Shown: positions 28,842 through 40,026 of the stretch, one piece after another
Layout of the letters: each line of letters starts with the position of its first letter
Numbering within the stretch: the stretch's first letter is position 1
Origin: an uncultured Acidobacteriota bacterium
GTDB taxonomy: Bacteria > Acidobacteriota > Thermoanaerobaculia > Multivoradales > UBA5704
DNA length: 64,000 nucleotides
Reading direction: 5' to 3'
NCBI GenBank assembly: GCA_963700145.1
Contig: OY969474.1
Location: forward strand, 32,001 to 96,000
The notes under the pieces: model-generated
What the model was told of the DNA's origin: nothing
Databases searched by the model: none
What the model saw: only the letters and a program-made list of their open reading frames with translations
Position numbers and translations under genes: made by a program

Positions 28842-28870
28842 TTGACCAGGCCATACGGCAGAGCCATACT
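28842..28870 (+). promoter_or_regulatory. Putative promoter for a leaderless vapBC transcript
   Basis: TTGACC (28842-28847), 17 nt, CATACT (28865-28870); ATG 28878 follows after 7 nt with no SD. GCCATAC is repeated within the promoter (possible operator). Confidence 0.55.
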
Positions 28871-28877
28871 CATGCAT

Positions 28878-29093
28878 ATGAGAACGACCCTGATCCTCGA
28901 CGACGAGCTGCTCGACAAGGCGAGCCGGCTGGCCGGCCTCGCGGGGAAGACCGCGACGGTCCACGCCGGGCTGGAGGCGTTGATCGCGCGCGAGAGCGCT
29001 CGGCGGCTGGCCGCGCTCGGCGGCACGGAGAAGGCCCTGCGCCCCATCCGCCGCCGGCGGCCCGCGCCGCGCCGGCCGGCGGCGAAGCGGTGA
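28878..29093 (+). CDS. vapB: VapB antitoxin
   Basis: MRTTLILDDELLDKASRLAGLAGKTATVHAGLEALIARESARRLAALGGT; GTGA overlap with vapC. Confidence 0.88.
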   Translation: MRTTLILDDELLDKASRLAGLAGKTATVHAGLEALIARESARRLAALGGTEKALRPIRRRRPAPRRPAAKR

Positions 29094-29461
29094 TTCTCGT
29101 CGACACCTCGGTGTGGGTCGATCACCTGCGCAACGGCAGCCCGCGCCTGGCGGCGCTGCTCGCCGAGGGCCAGGTGCTAAGGCACCCCTTCGTGCTCGGC
29201 GAGCTGGCCCTCGGCCACCTCCGGCGCCGCCGCGAGGTCCTGGCGCTCCTGGCCGACCTGCCCGCGGCCGGCGCCGCCGACCACGACGAGGTGCTCGCCT
29301 TTGTCGAGCGCCACGCCCTCGCCGGCGGCGGGATCGGCTGGGTCGACGCCCACTTGCTCGCCGCCGCGGCCCTCGGCGGCGATTCGCTGTGGACCCTCGA
29401 TCGGCGCCTGGCGGCGCTGAGCGAGAAGCTGGGCGTGGCGGCCGGGCACGGCCGCCACTAG
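29090..29461 (+). CDS. vapC: VapC PIN-domain toxin
   Basis: MILVDTSVWVDHL...VLGELALG...IGWVDAHLLA...LWTLDRRL. Confidence 0.92.
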   Translation: MILVDTSVWVDHLRNGSPRLAALLAEGQVLRHPFVLGELALGHLRRRREVLALLADLPAAGAADHDEVLAFVERHALAGGGIGWVDAHLLAAAALGGDSLWTLDRRLAALSEKLGVAAGHGRH

Positions 29462-30399
29462 TCCGGCAGCTTGATCACGAGGCTGCGGAACCCGTCGGGC
29501 TTGAAACAGAAGGCGCCTTCGTCGCTGAGGACCATGAGGTCGGAGGGCGCCGCCAAGAAGGCGGCCTCTGGAATCAGTCCCGCGAAGTTGGCGCTGGCGA
29601 TCGGTTCCGGCGGGTCGTTTGATTGTCCGGACCAGCGATACGCCTGAAACCGCCCACTGTCGTCCGTCGAGCCGGCGATGATCACGTAAGCCTCGCCGGC
29701 GGGCCAAAACTCCAAGCTGCGGATGCCCAGCCCGTTGAGATCGAGCTCGACAGGAGCGCCGAAGGAGGCCGGCGCGCCGTCCAGGACCGCTCGCGGATTG
29801 TTGAGCGTCACGATCAGCGCCTTCCCCTCTCTGGTTGGGTTGCGGAATCCGATCAGCAGCTTCCCGTCGGGACTCGCACCGAGGCCCTCGATGTTGAGCC
29901 CGCCGGGCTCTTCGGGCGCGAGCTCAGACGCGCACGCGAGCTTGAAGGCGTTGAACCGCTCGTCGCGCTGGAGATCGGCGAGGAGTGTTGTATAGGGTCT
30001 TCCCACGGCCTCAGCGGAGAAGGTGCCGTCGCGCGGTGCGACGCGTAGCGCGAAGAGCCGATGGCGTTCGGGCTGCTCTTCGCCGTTGCGATTCCTGCTG
30101 TGCGAGCCGATCCAGTAGAGGTCGTCTCCGATGCGGGCGGCCCCCTCCATGTCTTCCGTTTCGAAGCCAGCCGGCAGCGGGAGGTCCTGGGGCTTGTCGG
30201 GCTGTTCCTGGCTTAGCACGAACAGCTTTTTCTGCTTCTCGTCGTCGGCGAGCACAAACGTGCTGGAAGCAAGCGCGACGGCGGCCGAAGGCTCGCACGC
30301 TCCGCGATAGAGGACGGGCCGGGGCTTGGGAGCCTGCGCCGAGGCGGCGGTGCAGAAGGCGACGGCGAGCGTTAGGCTGCGGACGATGGGGGGCCTCAT
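29458..30399 (-). CDS. Secreted DUF3616-like beta-propeller protein
   Basis: RBS AAGGAG, signal peptide, CEPSAAV, DMEGAARIGDDLYWIGSHSRN, GLNIEGL, LIGFRNP, LDLNGLGIRS. Confidence 0.75.
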   Translation of the reverse strand: MRPPIVRSLTLAVAFCTAASAQAPKPRPVLYRGACEPSAAVALASSTFVLADDEKQKKLFVLSQEQPDKPQDLPLPAGFETEDMEGAARIGDDLYWIGSHSRNRNGEEQPERHRLFALRVAPRDGTFSAEAVGRPYTTLLADLQRDERFNAFKLACASELAPEEPGGLNIEGLGASPDGKLLIGFRNPTREGKALIVTLNNPRAVLDGAPASFGAPVELDLNGLGIRSLEFWPAGEAYVIIAGSTDDSGRFQAYRWSGQSNDPPEPIASANFAGLIPEAAFLAAPSDLMVLSDEGAFCFKPDGFRSLVIKLPD

Positions 30400-30467
30400 G
30401 CGTGCTCCTTTCGTGCGGGACAAGAATTTCCTCACCGTGAAGTGACGGACGCTCTCTGCCCTTTCCC

Positions 30468-30983
30468 ATGGCCCGCTCGGCTCCGTCGCATCTCTCCCTC
30501 ACCGCCGCCACCCCCGACGACGTCCCGGCGATCGCTGCGCTGCGGACGGCGGTCGCCGAGCGGCTGACGCGCGAGTACGGCCCGGGACACTGGTCGCCCG
30601 CGGTGTCCGAGCGGGGCGTCCTCCACGGGATGCGCACGTCGCGGGTGCTCGTGGCGCGGGACGGCGGGCGCATCGTCGCCGCGCTGCGGCTGGCGACGAA
30701 GAAGCCGTGGGCCATCGACCCGACGTACTTCACCGCCTGCGGGCGGGCGCTCTACCTGACCGACATGGCGGTCGCGCCGGACGTGCAGCGCCGCGGGATC
30801 GGGCGCCGCTGTCTCGAGGAGGCCCGCCGGCTGGCGCGCGAGTGGCCGGCCGGTGCGATCCGGCTCGACGCCTACGACGCGCCCGCCGGCGCCGGCGGCT
30901 TTTACGCGCGCTGCGGCTTCCGCGAGGTCGGGCGCGTCACGTACCGCAAGACGCTGTTGATCTACTACGAGCTGCTCGTGTAG
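30468..30983 (+). CDS. GNAT acetyltransferase
   Basis: YLTDMAVAPDVQRRGIGRR and FYARCGFREVG. Confidence 0.9.
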   Translation: MARSAPSHLSLTAATPDDVPAIAALRTAVAERLTREYGPGHWSPAVSERGVLHGMRTSRVLVARDGGRIVAALRLATKKPWAIDPTYFTACGRALYLTDMAVAPDVQRRGIGRRCLEEARRLAREWPAGAIRLDAYDAPAGAGGFYARCGFREVGRVTYRKTLLIYYELLV

Positions 30984-31477
30984 CGCGCGGTCCAATACCG
31001 GGCGACGACCCGCTCGGCGATCGGGTCGCAGACCTCCGGCCAGGCCGGTCCCTCCCAGCGGACCGCGCGCGCCTCGGCGGCGGCATCGGCCGGGAGGTAC
31101 GGGAGAATGGACACGGCGCCGCCGCGTGGATCGCGGGCGCCGAAGACGACGCCGCCGATCCGGTGCAGGACGAGGGCGCCGAAGCACATCAGGCAGGGCT
31201 CCAGCGTGCAGTAGCAGGTCATCTCGGCGAGGTGCGGCACGAGCGGTTCGGGAATCGCCGCGAGGGCGAGCACTTCGGCGTGCCGCCCGGGATGGGCGGC
31301 GGGCTGGAGGGTGCGCGCCGCGGCCGCCGCCACGATCTCGTCACTGAGCGCGATGACCGCGGCGACCGGCAGGTTGCCGCCGCGCTCCGCCGCGAGGGCT
31401 AGCTCGACGGCGTGCTGCAGGAAGCGGGCTGCGGCCGCGGTGAGGCCGGCGGCCGGTCCGCTCAGCGTCTGGGCCAT
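30965..31477 (-). CDS. Zn-dependent nucleoside/nucleotide deaminase (CDA/TadA superfamily)
   Basis: HAE and TLEPCLMC motifs, VVFGARDPRGG. Confidence 0.85.
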   Translation of the reverse strand: MAQTLSGPAAGLTAAAARFLQHAVELALAAERGGNLPVAAVIALSDEIVAAAAARTLQPAAHPGRHAEVLALAAIPEPLVPHLAEMTCYCTLEPCLMCFGALVLHRIGGVVFGARDPRGGAVSILPYLPADAAAEARAVRWEGPAWPEVCDPIAERVVARYWTARYTSSS

Positions 31478-31520
31478 CGCGGCGGAGTGTAGACGAGGCG
31501 CGACGCGCCCTGAGCGCCGA

Positions 31521-34500
31521 TCAGCGCACCTCCACGCGCAGCCCGATCCGCAGGGTGCGCGGCTCCTGCAGCTCGTCGGCTTGGCCGCCGCGGGTGACGC
31601 CGAGGTCGAGCTCGCGAGCGACGACGGCGCCGTCGTCGAGGAGGTTGGAGCCTTCGAGGCTCAGGGTCAGCAGGGCGTCGCCGATCTCGACTTCCTTGGA
31701 CAGGCGGCCGTCGAGCGTGACGACCTCGCCGGTGCGGAGGGCGTCGGGGCGCTCGGTGAGCTGGACGCGCGCGATGCCGGCCCGCTCGCGGGCGATCCGG
31801 CGGTAGTAGGGAAGAGGGTCGCCGTCGCGGCCGCGCAAGGTCGCCGCGACGTAGACGCCGCGCGGCAGATCGACCAGGCCGCTCGTCTGGAACGTCCAGC
31901 GCGCCGACCGGAAGGACGGCGTCTCGTGCGGCCGGCCGCTGTCCACCGCCGTCACCGGCTGGCCGGCGTCGTCGTCGCCGCCGAGGGCGTTCGTCGGGTC
32001 GTCGAAGAGCCGGAAGTCCCGCCCCAGCGTCTGCTCGCCGTCCTGCCAGGTGAGGTGCCCGCGGCTCAGCCAACGCCCCGACCGCCGCTTCTCCCAGTGG
32101 AGGGTGAGCGCGCGGTCGTCCCGCCGCCGGTCGCCGTTGGCGAGGAGGGTGCCCCCGGTCCAGGCGAGGCCTGGCCGGAGGTCCCAGAACGGGACGTCGT
32201 AGGCGGCGCCATCCGGCAGCGTGCCGATCAGGCGGCCGGCGGGGACCCAGTCGGCGGCGGTGGCGAGGAAGACGTCGCCGGTCGCGGCGTCGCGCACCCG
32301 CAGGCGCTCCTCGAGCAGGTGGTGGGTGCGCCGCCAGGTGGCGCGCAGGCCAACGACGAAGTCCCAGCCGAGCGTGCGCTCGATGCCGAGCACCGCTTCG
32401 TCGGTGAGCTCCGGGCGGAGGTCGCGGCTCACGGCGTCGGGGTCGAGCTCCGGGCGCAGCGGGTCCCGGCCGTCGCCTGACCAGGGGATCGCCGGCCCGC
32501 CGCCGGCCTCGGGAAGCCGGAGGAAAAGCGCTCCGGGTGCGCCGGGGTCGGCGTGCCAGACGGCCTGCGGACCGAGGCGCGCGGCGAAGCGGCCGGCCGA
32601 GGCGCGCACCAGAGTTTCGTCCTCCGCGCCGAGCGTCCAGGTCAGGCCGAGGCGGGGCGCCGGCGTCCAGACACGGCCGGCGCCGCCGAGGTCCTGCCCG
32701 TCGAAGCGCAGGCCGAGGACCGCGGTCAGCGGGCCGGTCGTGAGCAGGTCCTGGGTCCACAGGCTGAAGGTCTCCGTCGCGGCGCGCCCAGAGCCGCGCC
32801 AGAGCTCGGCCAGCTCGAGCCCCGCCGGCAGCCCGACGCTCTCGCCGGCCGTCGCGATCGAGCCGGGCGGGATCAGGGCGCGCGCCTCGTCCTCGGCCCG
32901 CCACCCCAGGCCACCGGTCATCGTGTGCTCCGCGCGGTCGCTGAGCCAGAGCGACGCGTGGAGCCGCGCCTCGCGCATCCGCCGCTGGTCGTCGAAGAGA
33001 AACCAGCCGCCGCGGGCGATCCCCGCGGCGTCGAACCGCAGGTCGCCGGCTTCTTCCGGCGTCTCCCGCCGGGCGCGATCGACGCCCGCCAGCAGCGCGC
33101 CGGCGTAGGACGAGCCGCTCATGAGGTAGGTGGCCTCGCCCTTCCAGACGTCCTCCCGGCCGTCCAGTCGCAACATGGTCTCCGGTGCACGGCCCGGCCC
33201 GGCTCCCACTCCCGCCCCGTCGTGGTCGCCGCGCCGCCAGAGCAGCTCGGCGGACGCCGTGTCGCCGAGCTGTGCGTTGAGCTTGAGCCCTTCGCTTTGC
33301 CGCGACTCCGCCGCCGCCTGGCCGCCGAGCGCCGTGCGCTCGCTCTCGTCGCGGCCGGCGTGGGCCCAGAACCAGAGATGGTCGGTACGCAGCGGGCCGC
33401 CGCCCTCGGCGTCGACCACCCGCAGCGCGTCGAGCCGGTTGGCGGGGGGGTCGCTCCGCTCCGCGGCGAGCCCGCCGCCGCCCCACAGCGCGGAGACCGA
33501 GCCCCGCCACTCGGAGGTGCCGCGCGGCCGGATCAGTTGCAAGCGCGCTTCCGCCGTCTCCAGCGTCACGTCGGCGCCGCCGGTGGCGACCTGGACCTCC
33601 TCGAAGGTGTCGAAGTCGTAGGCACCTGGCGATGCGGCCGTGGCGCCCGAGTCGGTGACGACCACGCCGTCGACCGCGACCTGGCCGGGGCTCGCGGCGA
33701 GGACGCTCCAGGGGTCCCGCGCCGTCGGGATTCTCGCCAGCTCGGTTTGCGAGACGACGGAGCCGGTCGAGAGCCGGCGCGCGTCGAGGAGCGGCGACTC
33801 GGAGGTGACGGTGATGCATTCCTGCACCGAGCCACCCGCCCCGGAGCCGCCCGCCGCGGAGCCCTGCGGCTGGTTGAGAGGCAGCACGTGCGGCGACGCC
33901 GCGACCCCCGCAGGTGCCGTGATCTCTTCGTCGACCGCCACGAGGCTGGTGTAGGGCGTGACGAGGTGGTGCCGCAGCCCGAGCGCGACGACCTCGCGGC
34001 GCACCTCGCCGGCGTCGGCGCCCTCCAGCAAGCCGTCGGTGAGCGCCTGGACCTTGCGGCCGGCCCACAGCTTGTCGAGCCCGGCCGCCTTGACCTCGAC
34101 GGCGGCGGGCAGCTCCTCGCGCCAGCTCCGGCCGCCGCGCTCGCCGGCCACGGCCACGGACCCGGGCTCGCGCAGGCGGGCGGCGACGATGAGGGGCTCG
34201 CCCAGGTAGAGGTCGGGCACGCGCCGCGGCCAGGCCTCGGTGTCGGCGTCGGACCACGCGACCTCGATCTCGCGCAGCATCGGCGCCTCCAGGCGGGCGA
34301 AGAGGTCGGCCATGCCGGAGGCGACACGGTCGAGGGTGGGGAGGTGCGTCCACGACCCCCGTCCCAGCTCGGCCGCCCGCCGCAGGAACGGGACGTTGGG
34401 GGCGGCGCCGATGGCGACGGTGAAGAGGCGCCGCTCGCCGAGGCGCTCGGCGAGGGTGCGCAGGATGGTCATCTCGTTGTCGACCCTGCCGTCGGTGATG

Positions 34501-35723
34501 AAGATGACCTGCCGCACCAGGCCTCGGCCCTCGTCTCCCTGAAGGGCGCGCTCGAGAGCCGGCAGCATCTGGGTGCCGTCGTCCGCCACCAGCGCGCGGA
34601 CGAAGCGTCGCGCCTCCTCGACGTTGACCGGGCTCGCCGGGACGCTGTCGGGGAAGAGCGGCACGACGGTGTCGTCGAAGTCGATGACGTTGAACCGGTC
34701 GGCCGGGCCGAGACGGCCCAGCGCCAGGAGGAGCGCCTCCTGCGCCTGCTCCATCGCCGACCCGTGCATCGAGCCCGAGCTGTCGATGACGAAGAGGGTC
34801 TCGCGCGGCAGGCGGTCGGCGACCGCCTCGGCGTCGGCGGGCGGCAGCACCATCAGCAGCGCGTAGCGCTCGCCGTCCACCTCCTCGGCGAAGAAGACCG
34901 ACCGCGGCTCGCGGCCGGCGGCGGCCGCCCACTCGAGGACGAAGTCGCCGTCGGCGGCGGCGAGGCCGCCGGCGAGGTCGACCGCCCAGCGCGGCTGCCG
35001 GCGATCGCTCTCGACGGCGACGTCGTGCGTGGGGCTGTCGATCCACGCCAGCGGGAAGCCGGGCGCGAGATCGACGTGCAGGCCGAACGGATTGATCGGC
35101 GACCCGGCGAGGGGCGGCTGCGGCAACCGGGGCCCGGACGCGGCGCTCGCGGAGCCGGGCACCGGCTCCGCCGGTGTGTAGCGCGGCGCCGCCAGGGTCG
35201 GGAAGCGGAGGACAAATCGGCCGCGCTCGTAGCGCACCACCTGCTGCAGCTCGATCGCCACCTCCACCGTCTCGCCCGGGCCGATGTTGGCGACCGAGCT
35301 GGTGAAGAGGTCCGGCCGGAGCTGCTCGAGGAGCGACGCCCTGCGTCCCTCCGCGGCGGCCGTGGCGAAGGTCTGCCGCGCCTCGGCCGTCTCCTGAACG
35401 ACGCCTTCGATGACGCGGCCGTCGACGACGAAGCGCAGCGTGTCCACCGCCGCGCCGTCGGGCAGCGGGAAGAGGTAGATCCCTGTCAGCCACTGTCGCG
35501 TCGGGTTGGCGAAGATCTGGGTGACGCGCGAGCGCGCGACGACGCCGGTCACCCGCACCTCGATGGTGGTGCCCAGGACCGGCGCGGCGACCTCGGAGCC
35601 GTCCACCTCCGAGCGCAGCACGAGGCCGCATTCCGGTGTGAAGGGGCGGCCCGTTTCGGCGGCGGCGCCCGCCCGAGAAACGATCAAGAGAGAGAGGAAG
35701 AAACCACCCGCGATGGATCGCAT
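31521..35723 (-). CDS. VIT + vWA domain protein fused to a TonB-dependent-receptor-like plug and barrel
   Basis: VIT (VTQIFANP...YLFPLPDGAAVD...LLEQLRPDLFTSSVANI), vWA MIDAS (FVIDSSGSM, FITDG), HHLVTPYTSLVAVD, then ITVTSESPLLD...ELARIPTARDPW...YDFDTFEEVQVATGG...RGTSEWRGS and a terminal PRTLRIGLRVEV strand. Confidence 0.8.
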   Translation of the reverse strand: MRSIAGGFFLSLLIVSRAGAAAETGRPFTPECGLVLRSEVDGSEVAAPVLGTTIEVRVTGVVARSRVTQIFANPTRQWLTGIYLFPLPDGAAVDTLRFVVDGRVIEGVVQETAEARQTFATAAAEGRRASLLEQLRPDLFTSSVANIGPGETVEVAIELQQVVRYERGRFVLRFPTLAAPRYTPAEPVPGSASAASGPRLPQPPLAGSPINPFGLHVDLAPGFPLAWIDSPTHDVAVESDRRQPRWAVDLAGGLAAADGDFVLEWAAAAGREPRSVFFAEEVDGERYALLMVLPPADAEAVADRLPRETLFVIDSSGSMHGSAMEQAQEALLLALGRLGPADRFNVIDFDDTVVPLFPDSVPASPVNVEEARRFVRALVADDGTQMLPALERALQGDEGRGLVRQVIFITDGRVDNEMTILRTLAERLGERRLFTVAIGAAPNVPFLRRAAELGRGSWTHLPTLDRVASGMADLFARLEAPMLREIEVAWSDADTEAWPRRVPDLYLGEPLIVAARLREPGSVAVAGERGGRSWREELPAAVEVKAAGLDKLWAGRKVQALTDGLLEGADAGEVRREVVALGLRHHLVTPYTSLVAVDEEITAPAGVAASPHVLPLNQPQGSAAGGSGAGGSVQECITVTSESPLLDARRLSTGSVVSQTELARIPTARDPWSVLAASPGQVAVDGVVVTDSGATAASPGAYDFDTFEEVQVATGGADVTLETAEARLQLIRPRGTSEWRGSVSALWGGGGLAAERSDPPANRLDALRVVDAEGGGPLRTDHLWFWAHAGRDESERTALGGQAAAESRQSEGLKLNAQLGDTASAELLWRRGDHDGAGVGAGPGRAPETMLRLDGREDVWKGEATYLMSGSSYAGALLAGVDRARRETPEEAGDLRFDAAGIARGGWFLFDDQRRMREARLHASLWLSDRAEHTMTGGLGWRAEDEARALIPPGSIATAGESVGLPAGLELAELWRGSGRAATETFSLWTQDLLTTGPLTAVLGLRFDGQDLGGAGRVWTPAPRLGLTWTLGAEDETLVRASAGRFAARLGPQAVWHADPGAPGALFLRLPEAGGGPAIPWSGDGRDPLRPELDPDAVSRDLRPELTDEAVLGIERTLGWDFVVGLRATWRRTHHLLEERLRVRDAATGDVFLATAADWVPAGRLIGTLPDGAAYDVPFWDLRPGLAWTGGTLLANGDRRRDDRALTLHWEKRRSGRWLSRGHLTWQDGEQTLGRDFRLFDDPTNALGGDDDAGQPVTAVDSGRPHETPSFRSARWTFQTSGLVDLPRGVYVAATLRGRDGDPLPYYRRIARERAGIARVQLTERPDALRTGEVVTLDGRLSKEVEIGDALLTLSLEGSNLLDDGAVVARELDLGVTRGGQADELQEPRTLRIGLRVEVR

Positions 35724-35986
35724 GTCCCGCCTCCATGGGGCCGTCCTCCCTCTGAGACGGTCCAAGAAATCTGGCGATCCGGAAGGAGCAACCGTGGTGC
35801 CACGGCGCCCGCGAGCGGCGGCCGCGGCGATGCTTCAAGTTCAGGTATCGAGCCGATTCAACCGCTTGATCGAAAACGGCTGGCGAGAAGGAAATGTGAT
35901 CGATTCGTCCACGGTCGGGGACGACGGCGTCCTGCCGCCGCGGGTTGAAGCCGGACCGCGGCCCGGAGTATCGTGCCTCGTTGTCA

Positions 35987-37048
35987 ATGATCCACTGGAA
36001 AGAAACCGCGGAGGTCCTGGCGCGGCTCGACGAGCTGGCGGGGGCGGGACGCCGGGCGGCGCTGGCCACGGTGGTGCGCATCGCCGGCTCCGCCTATCGG
36101 CGGCCCGGCGCCAAGCTCCTGGTGGAGGAGAGGGGCGGCGCGCTGGGGAGCGTCAGCGGCGGCTGTCTCGAGGCCGACGTGCGCGAGGTGGCGCAGGCGG
36201 TCATGGCGACGGGGAAGCCGACCCTGCGTCATTACGACACCGGCAGCGACGAGGACGCCGTCTGGGGGCTCGGGCTGGGCTGCAACGGGCTGGTGGACGT
36301 CCTGGTGCAGCCGGCGACCGAGGGGCCGCTGGCGGCGCTCGCCGGCCGCTGGCGGGAGCTGCTGGCGGGGGATGCGCCGTTCGCGATGCTGACGACCGTC
36401 GCGGAGGGGGAGGAGCTGGGGGCCGCGCGGCTCGTCGCCCCCGGCGAGCGCCTCCCGGCGCTCCCGCTCACGGGCGGCGCCGGCGTGCACGAGCTGGCCG
36501 GCCGCTCCGTCTTCGTCGAGCCGTTCGTGCCGCCGCCCCAGCTGCTCGTCTGCGGCGCCGGCGACGACGCCATCCCGCTCGTCGCCTACGCGGCCGACGC
36601 CGGCTTCCGCGTCACGGTGGCCGATCACCGGCCGGCGCTCCTCGAGCCGGGGCGCTTCCCGCGCGCGGCGCGCCTCCTCCCGGCCCGCGCGGAGGAGCCG
36701 GACCTGGCGCTGCCGTCCGCCGCGCGCACCCTGGCGGTGGTGAAGACCCACTCGCTGGCGCACGACCGCGCCTGGGTGCGGCGCCTCCTCGCGGCGGGCC
36801 TGGCCTACGTCGGCCTGCTGGGGCCGCGGGAGCGGACGCGCGCCATCCTGCGCGACCTCGGCGCCGAAGGGGACGAGCGGGTCTTCGGCCCGGTCGGCCT
36901 CGACCTCGGCGCCGACGGTCCCTGGCAGGTGGCGACGAGCATCGTCGCCGAGCTGCTCGCCTTCGGCGCGCGGCGCGAGCCGCGCCACCTGTCGCAGCGG
37001 GACGAGGCGATCCACACCGGGGAGCGCGACCTCGCCCGGCCGGGTTGA
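35987..37048 (+). CDS. xdhC: XdhC/CoxI family molybdoenzyme maturation factor
   Basis: [51 protein letters not shown]. Confidence 0.92.
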   Translation: MIHWKETAEVLARLDELAGAGRRAALATVVRIAGSAYRRPGAKLLVEERGGALGSVSGGCLEADVREVAQAVMATGKPTLRHYDTGSDEDAVWGLGLGCNGLVDVLVQPATEGPLAALAGRWRELLAGDAPFAMLTTVAEGEELGAARLVAPGERLPALPLTGGAGVHELAGRSVFVEPFVPPPQLLVCGAGDDAIPLVAYAADAGFRVTVADHRPALLEPGRFPRAARLLPARAEEPDLALPSAARTLAVVKTHSLAHDRAWVRRLLAAGLAYVGLLGPRERTRAILRDLGAEGDERVFGPVGLDLGADGPWQVATSIVAELLAFGARREPRHLSQRDEAIHTGERDLARPG

Positions 37049-37115
37049 ACCCGCTCGGGCCTCGTGCTATGAACCGGCCACGTTCCCGCCTCACCTCCCG
37101 GACAGGAGGTCTCCG

Positions 37116-37626
<511 letters not shown>

Positions 37627-37637
37627 GGGGAGGGACC

Positions 37638-40022
37638 ATGGCCTCACGCATCTTCGGCTCCGGCATCAAGCGCCGCGAGGACCCGCGGCTGATCACCGGC
37701 CAGGCCAAGTACACCGACGACATCATGCTCCCCGGCATGGCCCACGCTGGCCGTCGTGCGCAGTCGCCGCACGCCCACGCCCGCATCACGCGCGATCGAC
37801 GCCTCGCGCGCCGCGCGAGCGTGCCCGGCGTCCTCGCCGTCTACACCGGCGCCGACATGAAGGACGCCGGCTTCGGCGGCATCCCCTGCGCCTGGGTCGT
37901 GCCCGAACTCCGAGACCAAGACGCCGGCGTATCCGCCGATCGCCATCGACACCGTCCGCTACGTCGGCGACGCGGTGGCGATCGTGGTGGCCGAGGACCG
38001 CTACGCCGCCCGCGACGCCGCCGACGCGGTCGAGGTGGACTACGAGCCGCTGCCGGCGGTCGCCGACGCCAGGAAGGCCGCGCAGCCCGGCGCGCCGCAG
38101 CTCCACGACGGAGGTGCCGGACAACGTCTGCTTCCACTGGCAGGTCAGCGGCGGCGACGTCGACGCGGCCTTCAGCGAGCGCCGACGTGGTCGGTCAAGG
38201 AGCGCATCGTCAACCAGCGCCTGATCCCCAACGCCATGGAGCCGCGCGGCGGCGCTCGCGCAGTACAACGCCGGCGATGGGCGAGCTGACGCTCTGGGTC
38301 ACCATCGCAGAACCCGCACATCGCCCGCTTCCTGCTCTCGCTGGCACGCTCGGCATGCCCGAGCACAAGATCCGCGTCATCGCGCCCGAGGTGGGCGGCG
38401 GCTTCGGCAGCAAGATCCCGCACTACCCGGAGGACATCGATGGTGGCCTTCGCCGCCAAGATGCTCGGGCGGCCGGTCAAGTGGACGGAGACGCGCAGCG
38501 AGAACTACCAGGCGACGATCCACGGCCGCGACCACGTGCAGGAGGTCGAGATGGCGGCACGCCAGCGACGGCACGATCCTCGGCCTCCGCGCCACCGTCT
38601 GGGCCAACCTCGGCGCCTACCTCTCGACCGCCTCGACCGGCATCCCGACGATCCTCCACGGGCTGATGCTCTCGGGCGTCTACGACATCCCGAACATCCA
38701 CGAGGACGTCTACGGCGTCTTCACCAACACGACGCCGGTGGACGCCTACCGCGGCGCCGGGCGGCCGGAGGCGACCTTCATCGTCGAGCGCCTGGTGGAC
38801 CTGGTGGCGCGCCGAGCTCGGGATGGACCCGGTCGAGGTGCGGCGCAAGAACTTCATCCCGCCGACGTTCCCGACGGCCACACCGTCGCGACCGGCGCTG
38901 ACCTACGACAGCGGCAACTACGCGGGCGCGCTCGACAAGGCGCTAGAGATGGCCGACTACCCGGCGCTTCCGCCGGCAGCAGGCGGAGCTGCGCGCCGCA
39001 GGGCCGCTACCTCGGGCATCGGCCTCTCGCACCTACATCGAGATCTGCGGCCTCGGGCCGTCGCAGGTGGCCGGCGCGGTCGGCTTCGGCGGCGGCCTCT
39101 GGGAGAGCGCCATCGTGCGCGTCCACCCCACCGGCAAGGTCCACGTCTTCATCGGCATCTCGCCGCACGGCCAGGGCGAGGAGACGACCTTCGCGCAGAT
39201 CGTGGCCGACGAGCTGGGCGTGCCCGTGGACGACGTGACGGTCGTCCACGGCGACACCGCGCAGACCCCGCAGGGCTGGGGCACCTACGGCAGCCGCCGC
39301 ACGGCCGTCGGCGGCCGGCGCGCTGATGGGCGGCGATCGGCAAGATCAAGGAGAAGGCGAAGCTCGTCGCCGCCCACCTGCTGGAGGCGGCGGCCGAGGA
39401 CATCGAGTACGCCGACGGCAAGTTCTTCGTCACGCGGCACGCCCGACGCAGGCGAAGACGATCCAGGACGTCGCGCTGATGGCCAACGTCGCCTGGAACT
39501 ACCCGCAGGGGCTCGAGCCGGGGCTGGAAGCCACGGCCTTCTTCGACCCGCCCAACTTCGTCTACCCCTTCGGCGCCCACATCGCGGTCGTCGAGGTCGA
39601 CGCCGAGACCGGCGAGGTCGAGCTGCAGCGCTACGTCGCGGTCGACGACTGCGGCCAGCGTCATCAACCCGATGATCGTCGACGGCCAGATCCACGGCGG
39701 CATCGCGCAGGGGGTCGGCCAGGCGCTCTGGGAGGGCGCGGTCTACGACGAGCAGGGCCAGCTCGCTGACCGGCACGATGATGGACTACGCGCTGCCCAA
39801 GGCGGACGCCTTCCCCAACTTCGAGCTGGGCATGACCGAGACGCCGTCGACCGTCAATCCGCTGGGCGTCAAGGGCATCGGCGAGACCGGGCACGATCGC
39901 CTCGACGCCCGCCGTCTACAACGCGGTCCTCGACGCGCTTGGCGCCGCTGGGCGTCAAGCAGGTCGACATGCCGTTGTCGCCCGAGCGGGTCTGGCGCGC
40001 CATCCGGGAAGCGAGGAGCTGA
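37638..40022 (+). CDS. coxL: Molybdopterin-binding large subunit (form II CoxL-like), multiple frameshifts
   Basis: [39 protein letters not shown] active-site loop, [29 protein letters not shown]. Confidence 0.9.
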
Positions 40023-40026
40023 GGCC

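Noticed and set aside
30965-31477. tadA assignment
   Set aside because: The deaminase motifs are present, but TadA-specific residues around the HAE motif are not evident; left at superfamily level.
31462-36081. Very long Arg/Pro/Ala-rich ORFs (also 32553..35948, most of 47101..50097, 60835..63897, 56951..59203 and others)
   Set aside because: Shadow ORFs typical of high-GC DNA, overlapping better-supported genes in another frame or strand.
37638-40022. True (form I) aerobic CO dehydrogenase
   Set aside because: The active-site loop is AYRGAGR, not AYxCSFR, and the order is S-L-M.
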